A DNA stretch of 64,000 bases from Bacilli bacterium (GCA_017528315.1 JAFXOW010000003.1:95222-159221), one strand, 5' to 3'. Positions 38,643 to 48,417 are shown, counted from the stretch's first letter. Made by a program: numbers and translations. The notes: generated by a model not told the origin, from the letters alone.

Positions 38643-39755
38643 ATGGAAGTAAATTATGAAGAAAATAATCTTGTAAACTTATCTAATTCAATTTTAAAGT
38701 ATTTTGGAATAAAACCATTTCATAATACTTTAGATGTTCTTGATAAAGAATTAGAAGAGAATAAATATAAGAATGTTGTATTATATGTCTGTGATGGTTT
38801 AGGTTATTATAATTTAAAAAAAGTATTAAAGTCTAATAGTTTTTTAAAACAAAAGAATCAAAATAGGAAAATATCAAGTGTCTTTCCTCCAACTACAACT
38901 GCAGCTACTACTACCCTACTCTCAGGACTTACTCCCTCAGAACATCATTGGTTTGGTTGGGATATGTATTTTAAAGATACAGATGAAACTACTTCTTTGT
39001 TTTTAAATTTAATTAAAGATTCTAGTACTAAATCCAAATTAAATGTATTAGATAGAGAATATATGAACTATAAAAATATAGTTGATTTAATTAATGAGAA
39101 TACCAATAATTTAGCTTATTTTGCCTACCCTTTTAGTAAAGATAATAAATGTTTAAATATTGATGATGTAAATAATCGAATTAAAGAACTAACTAAGAAA
39201 GAAGGTAAAAAGTTTATTTATGCTTATATTGAAAATCCTGATAAATTAATGCATAAATACGGAATATTTTCTCAAGAAGTAAAGAAAGAAATATATAATA
39301 TAAATGAAAAAATTGAAAAATTAAGTCAAGAGCTACATGATACTCTTATTATAGTAACAGCAGATCATGGATTAATACCAACAAAATCCATTATATTAAG
39401 TCGTGATTTAAAAGAAATGTATGATATGTTAGAAAGAACAACTTCTATAGAACCAAGATGTGTTGGAATAAAACTAAAAAAAGAAATTCAGAAAGAAGAG
39501 TTTATTAATTTATATAAAAAAGAACTTCTAAATGACTTTAAATTATTAACAGTAGAAAAAGCAATAGAAAGTCATTTATTTGGTCTAAAAGATAGCATTT
39601 ATCTTCGTGATACAATTGGAGACTATCTATTAATTGCAACTAATAATATAGCCCTATTCTATGATGAAAAGGCTCCTAAATTTAAGGCTAATCATGCTGG
39701 ACTCTCTAAAGAGGAATTAGAAGTACCACTTATAATGATTGATTGCAAATTATAA
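38643..39755 (+). CDS. Alkaline-phosphatase-superfamily protein (type I phosphodiesterase/nucleotide pyrophosphatase-like)
   Basis: VVLYVCDGLGYYN, SVFPPTTTAATTTLLSGLTPSEHHWFGW and IIVTADHGL resemble the metal-ligand and nucleophile motifs of the AlkP/NPP fold. It starts 5 nt after the upstream gene. Confidence 0.55.
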   Translation: MEVNYEENNLVNLSNSILKYFGIKPFHNTLDVLDKELEENKYKNVVLYVCDGLGYYNLKKVLKSNSFLKQKNQNRKISSVFPPTTTAATTTLLSGLTPSEHHWFGWDMYFKDTDETTSLFLNLIKDSSTKSKLNVLDREYMNYKNIVDLINENTNNLAYFAYPFSKDNKCLNIDDVNNRIKELTKKEGKKFIYAYIENPDKLMHKYGIFSQEVKKEIYNINEKIEKLSQELHDTLIIVTADHGLIPTKSIILSRDLKEMYDMLERTTSIEPRCVGIKLKKEIQKEEFINLYKKELLNDFKLLTVEKAIESHLFGLKDSIYLRDTIGDYLLIATNNIALFYDEKAPKFKANHAGLSKEELEVPLIMIDCKL

Positions 39756-39793
39756 AACTATGTTATAAAAATGTGACATAGTTTTATTTTTGT
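39756..39793 (+). terminator. Intrinsic terminator of the NTase-AlkP cassette
   Basis: AACTATGT-N12-ACATAGTT followed by TTATTTTT. Confidence 0.6.
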
Positions 39794-39825
39794 GATATAA
39801 TTACGTCTAGTTTGGGGTGAAGTAT

Positions 39826-41181
39826 ATGAATGATACTATAGCAAGTATTGCAACATCACTAGGAGTTGGAGCAATTTCTATTATCAGAGTGAGTGGAACT
39901 GAAGCAATTAAGATAGTAAATAAAATATTTAAAGGAAAAGATTTAAAAAAAGTTGCAAGTCACACTATTCATTATGGTCATATTATAAATAATGAAGAAA
40001 TAATAGATGAAGTTTTAGTAAGTGTAATGAAAAAGCCTAAAACTTATACCATGGAAGACGTTGTAGAAATTAATTGTCACGGAGGAATAGCTTCAACCAA
40101 TAAAGTTTTAGAATTACTACTATTAAATGGATGTAGATTAGCAAGTCCTGGGGAATTTACCAAAAGAGCCTTTTTAAATGGTCGTATTGACTTAATAGAA
40201 GCAGAAGCAGTATCGGATTTAATTAATAGTGAAACCGATTTAGAAAGAAAGGTTGCTATAAATGGACTAGAGGGTAATTTAAGTAAATTAATTAAAGATA
40301 TTAGAAATAATTTATTAAATATTATTAGTAATATAGAAGTAAATATTGATTATCCAGAATATCAAGATATCTATGAAGTAACCTTAGAAGATTTAAAAAA
40401 GCAAGTTCCTAATATAAAAATTAAACTCGAAAAATTAGTTATGGATTATGAAAATACCAAATTATTACATAAAGGAATAAATGTTGCAATTATTGGACGA
40501 CCAAATGTTGGAAAAAGTAGTTTATTAAATAAATTATTAGACGAAAATAAAGCTATTGTTACTAATATTCCTGGTACAACAAGAGATATAGTAGAAGGAA
40601 CCATTTATCTAGATGGTATAAAATTAAATATTATTGATACAGCTGGAATAAGAGAAACAAATGATGTTGTAGAGAGTATTGGTGTTTCTAAGAGTTTAAA
40701 AGCTTTAAAAAATGCTAATCTTATTCTTCTTCTTTTAAATAATAATGAAGAGATAACTAATGAAGATAAAGATTTAATTTCTAAAACTAATGATAAAACA
40801 ACAATCATTGTTATCAATAAAAATGATTTAAATACCAAACTTGATTTAACAACTTTAAATTTAGAAAATGTTGTTTCTATTAATACTATTGATAATCAAG
40901 GAATAGATAGTTTAAAAAATAAAATAAAAGAATTATTTAATTTTGATATGATAAACAATAGTGACTTTACTTATATAACTAATTTAAGACAAATAACTAA
41001 AATAAAAGAAGCTTTAAATATCTTAAATGAATTGGAAATAGGTATTAATCAAGAGCAAGATTTGGATATTTTAGAAATGGATTTAAAAGATATTTGGAAT
41101 ACATTAGGATTAATTATAGGTGAATCGTATGATGAAGAGTTACTTGATGATTTATTTAAAAATTTTTGTGTTGGGAAGTGA
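39826..41181 (+). CDS. mnmE: tRNA modification GTPase MnmE (ATG at 39826 follows the GGGGTGA RBS; the ORF track starts at GTG 39817)
   Basis: G1 GRPNVGKSSLLN, G3 DTAGIR, NKxD (INKND) and the C-terminal CVGK. Confidence 0.95.
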   Translation: MNDTIASIATSLGVGAISIIRVSGTEAIKIVNKIFKGKDLKKVASHTIHYGHIINNEEIIDEVLVSVMKKPKTYTMEDVVEINCHGGIASTNKVLELLLLNGCRLASPGEFTKRAFLNGRIDLIEAEAVSDLINSETDLERKVAINGLEGNLSKLIKDIRNNLLNIISNIEVNIDYPEYQDIYEVTLEDLKKQVPNIKIKLEKLVMDYENTKLLHKGINVAIIGRPNVGKSSLLNKLLDENKAIVTNIPGTTRDIVEGTIYLDGIKLNIIDTAGIRETNDVVESIGVSKSLKALKNANLILLLLNNNEEITNEDKDLISKTNDKTTIIVINKNDLNTKLDLTTLNLENVVSINTIDNQGIDSLKNKIKELFNFDMINNSDFTYITNLRQITKIKEALNILNELEIGINQEQDLDILEMDLKDIWNTLGLIIGESYDEELLDDLFKNFCVGK

Positions 41182-41185
41182 TTAA

Positions 41186-41629
41186 ATGAAAGAATATATA
41201 GTTAAAGAAATAAAACCAGGAAAATATGAATATGGATATAGAATCCAAAAATTAGATATAGAATTAATGATAGAATTTGGTATAAATTTACCAAATACCT
41301 TAAAAGAAATATATGGTAATGGCTTTGAAGAACAAGAATTAGCAGAGTATATCTATATAAATGATCCAGTAACAGTAGAGTTTATTAAAAGACAATATTA
41401 TATAAGAGAATATGCAGAATTTTCTAATATGAATATTTATGAATTAGAATTATTGACTAGTTATTATAATAAAAAATTAAGTGAATTAAGATATAAATTA
41501 AGTATAGAAAAAAATAAAGATGAACTAAATAATATAAAAACAGATATAAATATTTTAATAAATGAAATGTTAAGTATTACATATTTAAAAGAATTTCTAA
41601 TAAAGGAAAATAAAGAAAATAAAAGATAG
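41186..41629 (+). CDS. Hypothetical 147-aa protein inserted between mnmE and mnmG
   Basis: Tightly packed ORF, 4 nt after the mnmE stop and 11 nt before mnmG, with RBS GGGAAGTGA. No motif recognised. Confidence 0.5.
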   Translation: MKEYIVKEIKPGKYEYGYRIQKLDIELMIEFGINLPNTLKEIYGNGFEEQELAEYIYINDPVTVEFIKRQYYIREYAEFSNMNIYELELLTSYYNKKLSELRYKLSIEKNKDELNNIKTDINILINEMLSITYLKEFLIKENKENKR

Positions 41630-41640
41630 GAGGTTAGCCT

Positions 41641-43500
41641 ATGAACTATGATATTATAGTCGTTGGTGGAGGTCATGCAGGATGTGAAGCCAGTTTAGCA
41701 GCATCTCGTCTTGGACATAGAACCTTACTTGTAACGGGAAATATTAAAAATATTGCTGATATGCCATGTAATCCTTCAATTGGGGGCCCAGCTAAAGGAA
41801 TATTGGTTCGAGAGATAGATGCTTTAGGTGGAGAAATGGGAATTAATACTGATAAAAGTCATATTCAACTTAAGATGTTAAATACCAAAAAAGGACCAGC
41901 TGTGCGTGCACTTCGAGCTCAAGCTGACAAAGTTACTTATGCAAACAATATGTTAGAAACTTTAAAAAGGCAAGAAAACTTAGAAATAAAAGAAGCAATA
42001 GTAGATGATTTAGTAGTCGAAAATGGTAAAGTTTTAGGAATCAAATCAGAAAATGGAGAAACAATCAATAGTAAAATAGTTATTCTAACAACAGGAACCT
42101 ATTTAAAAGCCGATGTTTTAGTTGGTGATAAAAGAACCTCAAGTGGTCCTCATGGAGAAAAGCCAGCCAAAAATTTAAGTGATAATTTAAGAAAGTTAGG
42201 TCTTACTATTCAAAGATTAAAAACTGGAACTCCTCCTCGAATAGAAAGAAGTTCTATAGATTTTAGTGAATTAGAAAGAGAAGATGGTGATGATATTTTA
42301 AGAACTTTTTCTTATGATATTAATCCTTTATATAAAATAGAAGAACAGGTACCATGTTATTTAACTTATACTAATTTAAAGACACATGAGATAATTAATG
42401 AAAATTTAAATAAATCCAGTATGTATGGAGGTTATGTAACCGGAATTGGTCCTAGATATTGTCCGTCTATTGAAGATAAAGTTGTTAAATTTCATGATAA
42501 AGAACGTCATCAATTATTCTTAGAACCAGAAAGTTTATCATATGACGATATATATCTTCAAGGTTTTTCAACCAGTATGCCGAATGACGTACAAGAAAAG
42601 ATGGTTCATAGTTTAAAGGGACTAGAGAATGCTAAAATACTAAAGTATGCTTATGCTATTGAATATGATGCTATTGATCCTTTAGAAATGAAACCAAGTT
42701 TAGAAAACAAAATTATTGAAAATTTATTTACAGCGGGTCAAATAAATGGTACAAGTGGTTACGAAGAAGCAGCTGCTCAAGGACTTATGGCCGGAATAAA
42801 TGCAAGTCTAAAGTTACAAGAGAAAGAACCCTTGATTTTGAAAAGAAACGAAGCCTATATAGGTGTTTTAATTGATGACTTGGTAACGAAAGGAACTAAT
42901 GAACCATATAGAATGTTAACCAGTCGAGCTGAATATAGATTACTTCTACGTCACGATAATGCTGATATTAGACTTCGTGAGTATGGTTATCAAGTTGGCT
43001 TAATTGATGATAAAAGATATCAGAATTTTCAAAATAAACTGCATGATATAGAAGAATTAACTAATTATTTAAAAAATAATAAATTAACGACTAAGGATAA
43101 TAAAGTTATAGAAAATTTAGATACCTCCCCTATTTTGGATGGTATTACTTATTATGATTTATTAAAAAGACCAGGAATAACTTTAGAAAAATTATTAACT
43201 ACCTTAAATCTTAATTTATATTACAATAAAGAAGTCTTAGAACAAGTAGAAATTAGTATAAAATATGAAGGATATATAAGAAAATCTTTGATAGATGCTA
43301 ACAGGTTAAAACAACTTGAAAGTATAGAAATACCTGAAGATTTTGATTATTCACTTGTTCAAAATATTGCAACTGAAGCTCGTCAAAAGTTTTTAAAAAT
43401 AAGACCAAGAACACTCGGTCAAGCTTCCCGTATCAGTGGTGTTAATCCAAGTGATATAGCTGTTTTAAGTGTTTTCTTAAAGAGGTATAAACATGACTAG
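41641..43500 (+). CDS. mnmG: tRNA uridine 5-carboxymethylaminomethyl modification enzyme MnmG
   Basis: FAD motif DIIVVGGGHAGCEA. Length and synteny fit. Confidence 0.97.
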   Translation: MNYDIIVVGGGHAGCEASLAASRLGHRTLLVTGNIKNIADMPCNPSIGGPAKGILVREIDALGGEMGINTDKSHIQLKMLNTKKGPAVRALRAQADKVTYANNMLETLKRQENLEIKEAIVDDLVVENGKVLGIKSENGETINSKIVILTTGTYLKADVLVGDKRTSSGPHGEKPAKNLSDNLRKLGLTIQRLKTGTPPRIERSSIDFSELEREDGDDILRTFSYDINPLYKIEEQVPCYLTYTNLKTHEIINENLNKSSMYGGYVTGIGPRYCPSIEDKVVKFHDKERHQLFLEPESLSYDDIYLQGFSTSMPNDVQEKMVHSLKGLENAKILKYAYAIEYDAIDPLEMKPSLENKIIENLFTAGQINGTSGYEEAAAQGLMAGINASLKLQEKEPLILKRNEAYIGVLIDDLVTKGTNEPYRMLTSRAEYRLLLRHDNADIRLREYGYQVGLIDDKRYQNFQNKLHDIEELTNYLKNNKLTTKDNKVIENLDTSPILDGITYYDLLKRPGITLEKLLTTLNLNLYYNKEVLEQVEISIKYEGYIRKSLIDANRLKQLESIEIPEDFDYSLVQNIATEARQKFLKIRPRTLGQASRISGVNPSDIAVLSVFLKRYKHD

Positions 43501-44200
43501 AGAGGAATTTATATTAGAACTTCAAAAAATTAATATTAATTTAACAGAAGAACAATTAGATAAATTAGATAAATTTTATCAATTATTAATTAACTGGAAT
43601 GAAAAAATAAATTTAACTACTATAACGAAAGAAGACGATGTTTATTTAAAACACTTTTATGACAGTTTAACTTTAATAAAAGTAATAGATTTAAGAGAAA
43701 ATTTAAAAATTTTAGATGTGGGAAGTGGAGCTGGATTTCCTGGAATAGTATTAAAAATAGTTTTTCCTAATTTAAAAATTACCCTACTCGATTCTTTAAA
43801 TAAAAGAATAAACTATTTAAATGAAATTATTAAAGAATTAGAATTAAAAGATATAGAAACAGTAGGTGCAAGATGTGAAGAATATACTAAAATTCATCAT
43901 GAAGAGTATGATTTGATAGTATCACGAGCTGTTGCCCATTTAAAAATTTTATTAGAAATAACATTTCAAAGTATTAAAGTTAAGGGATTTTTAATTGCTA
44001 TGAAAAGCAATGCATTTGATGAAATTAAAGAATCAGAAGATATAATAAATAAATTAAATGGAAAAATTATTCAAGTAGAAGAATTTAATTTACCGAAAGA
44101 GGATAGTCTAAGAACTTTAATAAAAATAGAAAAATTAGGAACAACCAATAATAAATATCCTCGAAAATATTCCGAGATAAAGAAAAGTTTAAAAAAGTAA
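43493..44200 (+). CDS. rsmG: 16S rRNA (guanine527-N7)-methyltransferase RsmG
   Basis: SAM motif DVGSGAGFPGI. It overlaps the mnmG stop. Confidence 0.95.
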   Translation: MTREEFILELQKININLTEEQLDKLDKFYQLLINWNEKINLTTITKEDDVYLKHFYDSLTLIKVIDLRENLKILDVGSGAGFPGIVLKIVFPNLKITLLDSLNKRINYLNEIIKELELKDIETVGARCEEYTKIHHEEYDLIVSRAVAHLKILLEITFQSIKVKGFLIAMKSNAFDEIKESEDIINKLNGKIIQVEEFNLPKEDSLRTLIKIEKLGTTNNKYPRKYSEIKKSLKK

Positions 44201-44343
44201 AAATGTTAATTATTTATAGAATAATTTGACATTTTTTTCTTTGGGAAATTACTTTTTATAAGGAATTTAAAAAAAAATAATTGTATTTTTAAAAAATGTG
44301 ATATAATAATTATGTGTTGAGGGGAAATAATTGTTGGAGTGTG

Positions 44344-46548
44344 ATGTTGATGAATGAAGAAAGCGAAAATCAAGTTGTTAATTTAAGAATAGATGATATA
44401 ATTCCTAATAGATTTCAACCTCGGGAAATATTTGATGAATCAGGACTAGAAGAATTATCAGAATCCATTAAAGAACATGGTGTCATTCAACCTATAATTG
44501 TCCGACAAGTTGGAGATAAGTATGAACTGATTGCTGGAGAACGAAGAACCAAGGCATCATCTTTAGCTGGATTAACTACTATACCTGCAATAATACGCAA
44601 TATGGACGATAAAGAGTCTGCTAAAGTATCCTTGCTTGAAAATTTACAAAGAAAGAATTTAAGTGCCATTGAAGAAGCTAGAACGTATAAAAGAATTTTA
44701 GAAATTGATAATATGACTCAAGAAGATTTAGCTAGAAATTTGGGAAGAAGTCAACCGATGATTGCCAATAAACTTAGGCTTTTATCACTTCCTGATGAAA
44801 TACAAGATGCTTTAATGAAAAATCAAATATCTGAACGGCATGCAAGAAGTTTATTAACAGTTAAAAATAAAAAAGATCAATTGATGTTTTTAGATAGAAT
44901 AATAAATGAACGATTAACAGTTCGAGAACTGGATAAAGAATTAAAAAAATATAAAGAAAATCCTCAAAGTAATGATGATCCAATGCCAGAAGAAATATTA
45001 TCGATAGATGATGAAGATTCGAAAAAAGAAAATAATAAAGGAATAGAAGAGAGTAATGAAAGGAGTTTTATGAATAATAATATAGGAAATTTTGGAGGAA
45101 TGGGATTAAACGATTATAATAACGGAGCAAATAATAATATGTTTTATAACGTTCCTAATAATTTTAATAATATGCCAAATATGAATAATAGTATGAATAA
45201 TTCAAATATTAATTATAATAATTTTGATGAAGAACCAGAAGATAATGAAAATGTTCAAAATGATTATTTTGCTAATATGAATAATAATCAAAATAATAGT
45301 TTTAATCAAAATCAAGAAAGCTCACTAGGATCAATGTTTGATAATTATAATGGAGAAAATAATAATTTACAAAATGATAATAATTCTAATTTATTTGTAA
45401 GTCATATAAGAGAAGATAATTTACCAAAGGTAGAAAATCAATTTTTACCTAACTTTGATAATTTTAATAATAATGAATCAAATAATGATGATGATACCAG
45501 AGAGGCTTTAAATAATTTTAATCAAAATAATGATTTTAATGAACAAAACAATTATAGTTTAGATACTAACAATACTATGATGAATAATGATTTTAACATG
45601 AATAATAATTATCATAATAATCACATGAATGATATGAATTTTAATCAATTATCTGGTATGAATAATTTAAATAATTATAATCAGAATAATTATTCAACCC
45701 CTAATAATATGATGAATAATAATTTTGGAATGAATAATGGTTTTGATTATAATAATAATCAATTTAATATGCCAAATATGAATAATACGAACAATTTAAA
45801 TTCTAATCTTCCAAATAATAACTATTTTATGAATGATTTGAATAATAATTATATGAATAATCAAAATGGAATGAGTAACAATATGAATAATAATATGGGT
45901 TCGAATTTCTACAATAATATGTGGAATAATAATTTAAATCCAATGACTCAACCAATGAATAATAATCCAATGAATAGTTCTAATTTTAATAATTATAATA
46001 ATTCTCCTATAGATTTTTCTCAAAATATAAATCCTGAAGTAAATATGTATCAACCAAATCAAGGTGGACTATTTAGGCAACCATTAAATATTGTTGATGT
46101 TCCAAATAACAATTATGTACCTTTAGAAAACAATACTTATGAAGAACAACCAAGTAATATAGAAAATGATAATTATATGTTAAATAATCAACCACTACCA
46201 AGTGAAGAATTTGAAGAAAATGAATTAAATGAACAATTAAATAATGTAGAACCAAAAGAAGAAACCAATATACCTGAAATAGAAGTAATTGGAGAAACAA
46301 CTAAAGAAGATGAAGTTAAAGAAGAAAATACTGTACAAGATGATGAAACTAAAGAAGAAACTAAACAAAATGATTATATTAATTTAGATCCAGTTTATAC
46401 AATAAATTCAACAATGGATGCCGTTTTAGAACTAAAAAAGACAACTGATAGAATTAAACAAAACCATATTGATATTGAAACGGAAGAAATAGATTTCGAT
46501 GACGTATATCAAATAACTATTAAAATTAAAAAGACTGATACACTCTAA
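44344..46548 (+). CDS. noc: Nucleoid occlusion protein Noc (ParB family) interrupted by an Asn-rich low-complexity insertion of about 470 aa (the ORF track starts at GTG 44314; ATG 44344 or 44350 is more likely)
   Basis: ParB N-domain IPNRFQPREIF...HGVIQPIIVR...LIAGERR, HTH LTQEDLARNLGRSQPMIANKLRLL and ISERHARSL. It sits after rsmG and before soj-spo0J. The C-terminal 59 aa are again ParB/Noc-like. Confidence 0.85.
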   Translation: MLMNEESENQVVNLRIDDIIPNRFQPREIFDESGLEELSESIKEHGVIQPIIVRQVGDKYELIAGERRTKASSLAGLTTIPAIIRNMDDKESAKVSLLENLQRKNLSAIEEARTYKRILEIDNMTQEDLARNLGRSQPMIANKLRLLSLPDEIQDALMKNQISERHARSLLTVKNKKDQLMFLDRIINERLTVRELDKELKKYKENPQSNDDPMPEEILSIDDEDSKKENNKGIEESNERSFMNNNIGNFGGMGLNDYNNGANNNMFYNVPNNFNNMPNMNNSMNNSNINYNNFDEEPEDNENVQNDYFANMNNNQNNSFNQNQESSLGSMFDNYNGENNNLQNDNNSNLFVSHIREDNLPKVENQFLPNFDNFNNNESNNDDDTREALNNFNQNNDFNEQNNYSLDTNNTMMNNDFNMNNNYHNNHMNDMNFNQLSGMNNLNNYNQNNYSTPNNMMNNNFGMNNGFDYNNNQFNMPNMNNTNNLNSNLPNNNYFMNDLNNNYMNNQNGMSNNMNNNMGSNFYNNMWNNNLNPMTQPMNNNPMNSSNFNNYNNSPIDFSQNINPEVNMYQPNQGGLFRQPLNIVDVPNNNYVPLENNTYEEQPSNIENDNYMLNNQPLPSEEFEENELNEQLNNVEPKEETNIPEIEVIGETTKEDEVKEENTVQDDETKEETKQNDYINLDPVYTINSTMDAVLELKKTTDRIKQNHIDIETEEIDFDDVYQITIKIKKTDTL

Positions 46549-46560
46549 TCAGTTTTTTTC

Positions 46561-46589
46561 TTGCAATTAAGCTTTCTTTCTGATAGAAT
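46561..46589 (+). promoter_or_regulatory. SigmaA-type promoter that would give a leaderless mRNA for the HExxH protein
   Basis: TTGCAA (46561-46566), a 17-nt spacer, then TGATAGAAT (extended -10, hexamer 46584-46589). The ATG at 46597 lies 7 nt after the hexamer and no SD lies between them. Confidence 0.5.
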
Positions 46590-46596
46590 ACAAGCC

Positions 46597-47496
46597 ATGA
46601 AAAGAGATAATATAGATAGAGTAAAGACTTTAATAATAGAATTTATAAAAATAATGGAAGATAGTTTATCAAAAGAAGATTTAATAATGATAATTAATAA
46701 TTTTAATACTTTGAATATCAAATTTAAAAATTATAAAATAACAAATTTTCTTTTTTTAGATAATACTGTTGGTGGTTATAATCCTTTAAACAATACTTTG
46801 ATGTTAGATATAAATAATTTTGAATCAACAATATATCATGAATTATTTCATGTAGCATCATCAAAAAATTATTTAAATAAAATATTAATATCAGGATTTC
46901 ATTTAAATAAAATATCTTTAAATAATTCTAAACATACAAGATCTATTGGAATTGGAATAAATGAAGGATACACTCAGTATTTAGCAGAAAAATATTTTAG
47001 TAATAAAAAATATATAATGTCTGCCTATAGATATCAAGTAAATGTTGCAAAATTAATTGAAGAGATAATTGGAGAATATAAAATGCAATCTTTGTATTTT
47101 CATGCCAATTTAATGGGCTTAATTAATGAATTAAGTTTCTATAATGATTACGATAAAGTTATGGAATTCTTAACTCAATTGGATTTTTTACATAGAAAGT
47201 TATCTTACACTAATATTAATTTAAAAGAAAAAAATACAATTATAAATATTTTTTGTAAAGTTCATGTTTTTTTAATAGAAACCTACTTGTATAAATTATT
47301 AGAAGAAATAAAAATTTATAATCTTACGGAAGAACAATTTAATATAAAAGTATTAAATTTTATAGAACAAATTCCTATAGCAGTTGAAAGTAAAAAAGTA
47401 TTATATGATGAAATCTTAACACATGAATTAATAGAAAAAACTATAGAAAGAATATGTATAACAAATGATAGAAAAGATGTGGTTAAAATAATTTAG
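46597..47496 (+). CDS. Hypothetical protein with an HExxH zinc-metallopeptidase-like motif
   Basis: YHELFHV motif. The TTG start at 46561 in the ORF track coincides with the -35 hexamer, so the ATG at 46597 is preferred. Confidence 0.5.
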   Translation: MKRDNIDRVKTLIIEFIKIMEDSLSKEDLIMIINNFNTLNIKFKNYKITNFLFLDNTVGGYNPLNNTLMLDINNFESTIYHELFHVASSKNYLNKILISGFHLNKISLNNSKHTRSIGIGINEGYTQYLAEKYFSNKKYIMSAYRYQVNVAKLIEEIIGEYKMQSLYFHANLMGLINELSFYNDYDKVMEFLTQLDFLHRKLSYTNINLKEKNTIINIFCKVHVFLIETYLYKLLEEIKIYNLTEEQFNIKVLNFIEQIPIAVESKKVLYDEILTHELIEKTIERICITNDRKDVVKII

Positions 47497-47631
47497 ATTT
47501 AGAATGTTTGGTTATAAAAAAGTAAAATAGAAAAGTTTATTAAAATTTGTTGTAGTTTTTTTTAAATCTTCTTCCACTTTTACTACTTTTTTGATAAAAT
47601 AGAATTGAAACATTTAAGAAGGTGAAAATAC

Positions 47632-48417
47632 ATGGGAAAAATAATATCATTAGTTAATCAAAAAGGAGGGGTTGGAAAAACAACGACTAGTATAAATTTA
47701 TCTGCATCTCTTGCCTTACTAGGGGAAAAAATATTATTAATAGATTTGGATCCCCAAGGAAATGCTACAACAGGTGTTGGAATAAATAAAGGAGATATCG
47801 AAAATAGTATTTATGATTTATTAACCAACAATTGTTCGGTAGAACAAGTGATTTTAAAAACCAATTTTCATAATTTAGATATAATTCCTTCAACTATTCA
47901 GTTAGCAGGAATTGATATAGAGTTTATTGAAAAAAGTAAAAATGATCCAACATTTAAAAGAGCATATCAATTAAAAGAGAAAATAGAAGTAATTAAAGAT
48001 AAATATGATTACATAATAATTGATTGTCCACCAAGTCTTGGGAATATAACAACCAATGCTTTAACTTGTAGTAACTCCGTTATAATACCGGTTCAATGTG
48101 AGTTTTTTGCTCTTGAAGGGATTACACAGTTATTAAATACTATAATGTTAACTCAAAAAAATTTAAATCCCAATTTAGATTTAGAAGGAGTTTTACTTAC
48201 AATGTTATCTAAGTCAAATTTAGGACTTGATGTTATAGAAGAAATCAGAAGTTATTTTAAAGATAGAGTATATGATACAATTATACCAAGGTTAATAAGA
48301 CTAGCAGAAGCTCCAAGTCATGGGAAACCAATTGTAGCTTATGATCCCAAAAGTAAAGGGTCAGAAGCTTATATTAATTTAGCAAAGGAAGTGATTATGA
48401 GAAATGGAAACAACTAG
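47632..48417 (+). CDS. soj: Chromosome partitioning ATPase ParA/Soj
   Basis: Deviant Walker A NQKGGVGKTTT and IIDCPPS. Confidence 0.95.
   Translation: MGKIISLVNQKGGVGKTTTSINLSASLALLGEKILLIDLDPQGNATTGVGINKGDIENSIYDLLTNNCSVEQVILKTNFHNLDIIPSTIQLAGIDIEFIEKSKNDPTFKRAYQLKEKIEVIKDKYDYIIIDCPPSLGNITTNALTCSNSVIIPVQCEFFALEGITQLLNTIMLTQKNLNPNLDLEGVLLTMLSKSNLGLDVIEEIRSYFKDRVYDTIIPRLIRLAEAPSHGKPIVAYDPKSKGSEAYINLAKEVIMRNGNN

Noticed and set aside
45060-46110. Checked the AAT-rich noc insertion for a true tandem repeat or microsatellite.
   Set aside because: It has only cryptic, imperfect repetition (AAT, ATG and TTT codon mixtures) and no unit that repeats exactly. It is treated as a low-complexity coding region rather than a repeat feature.
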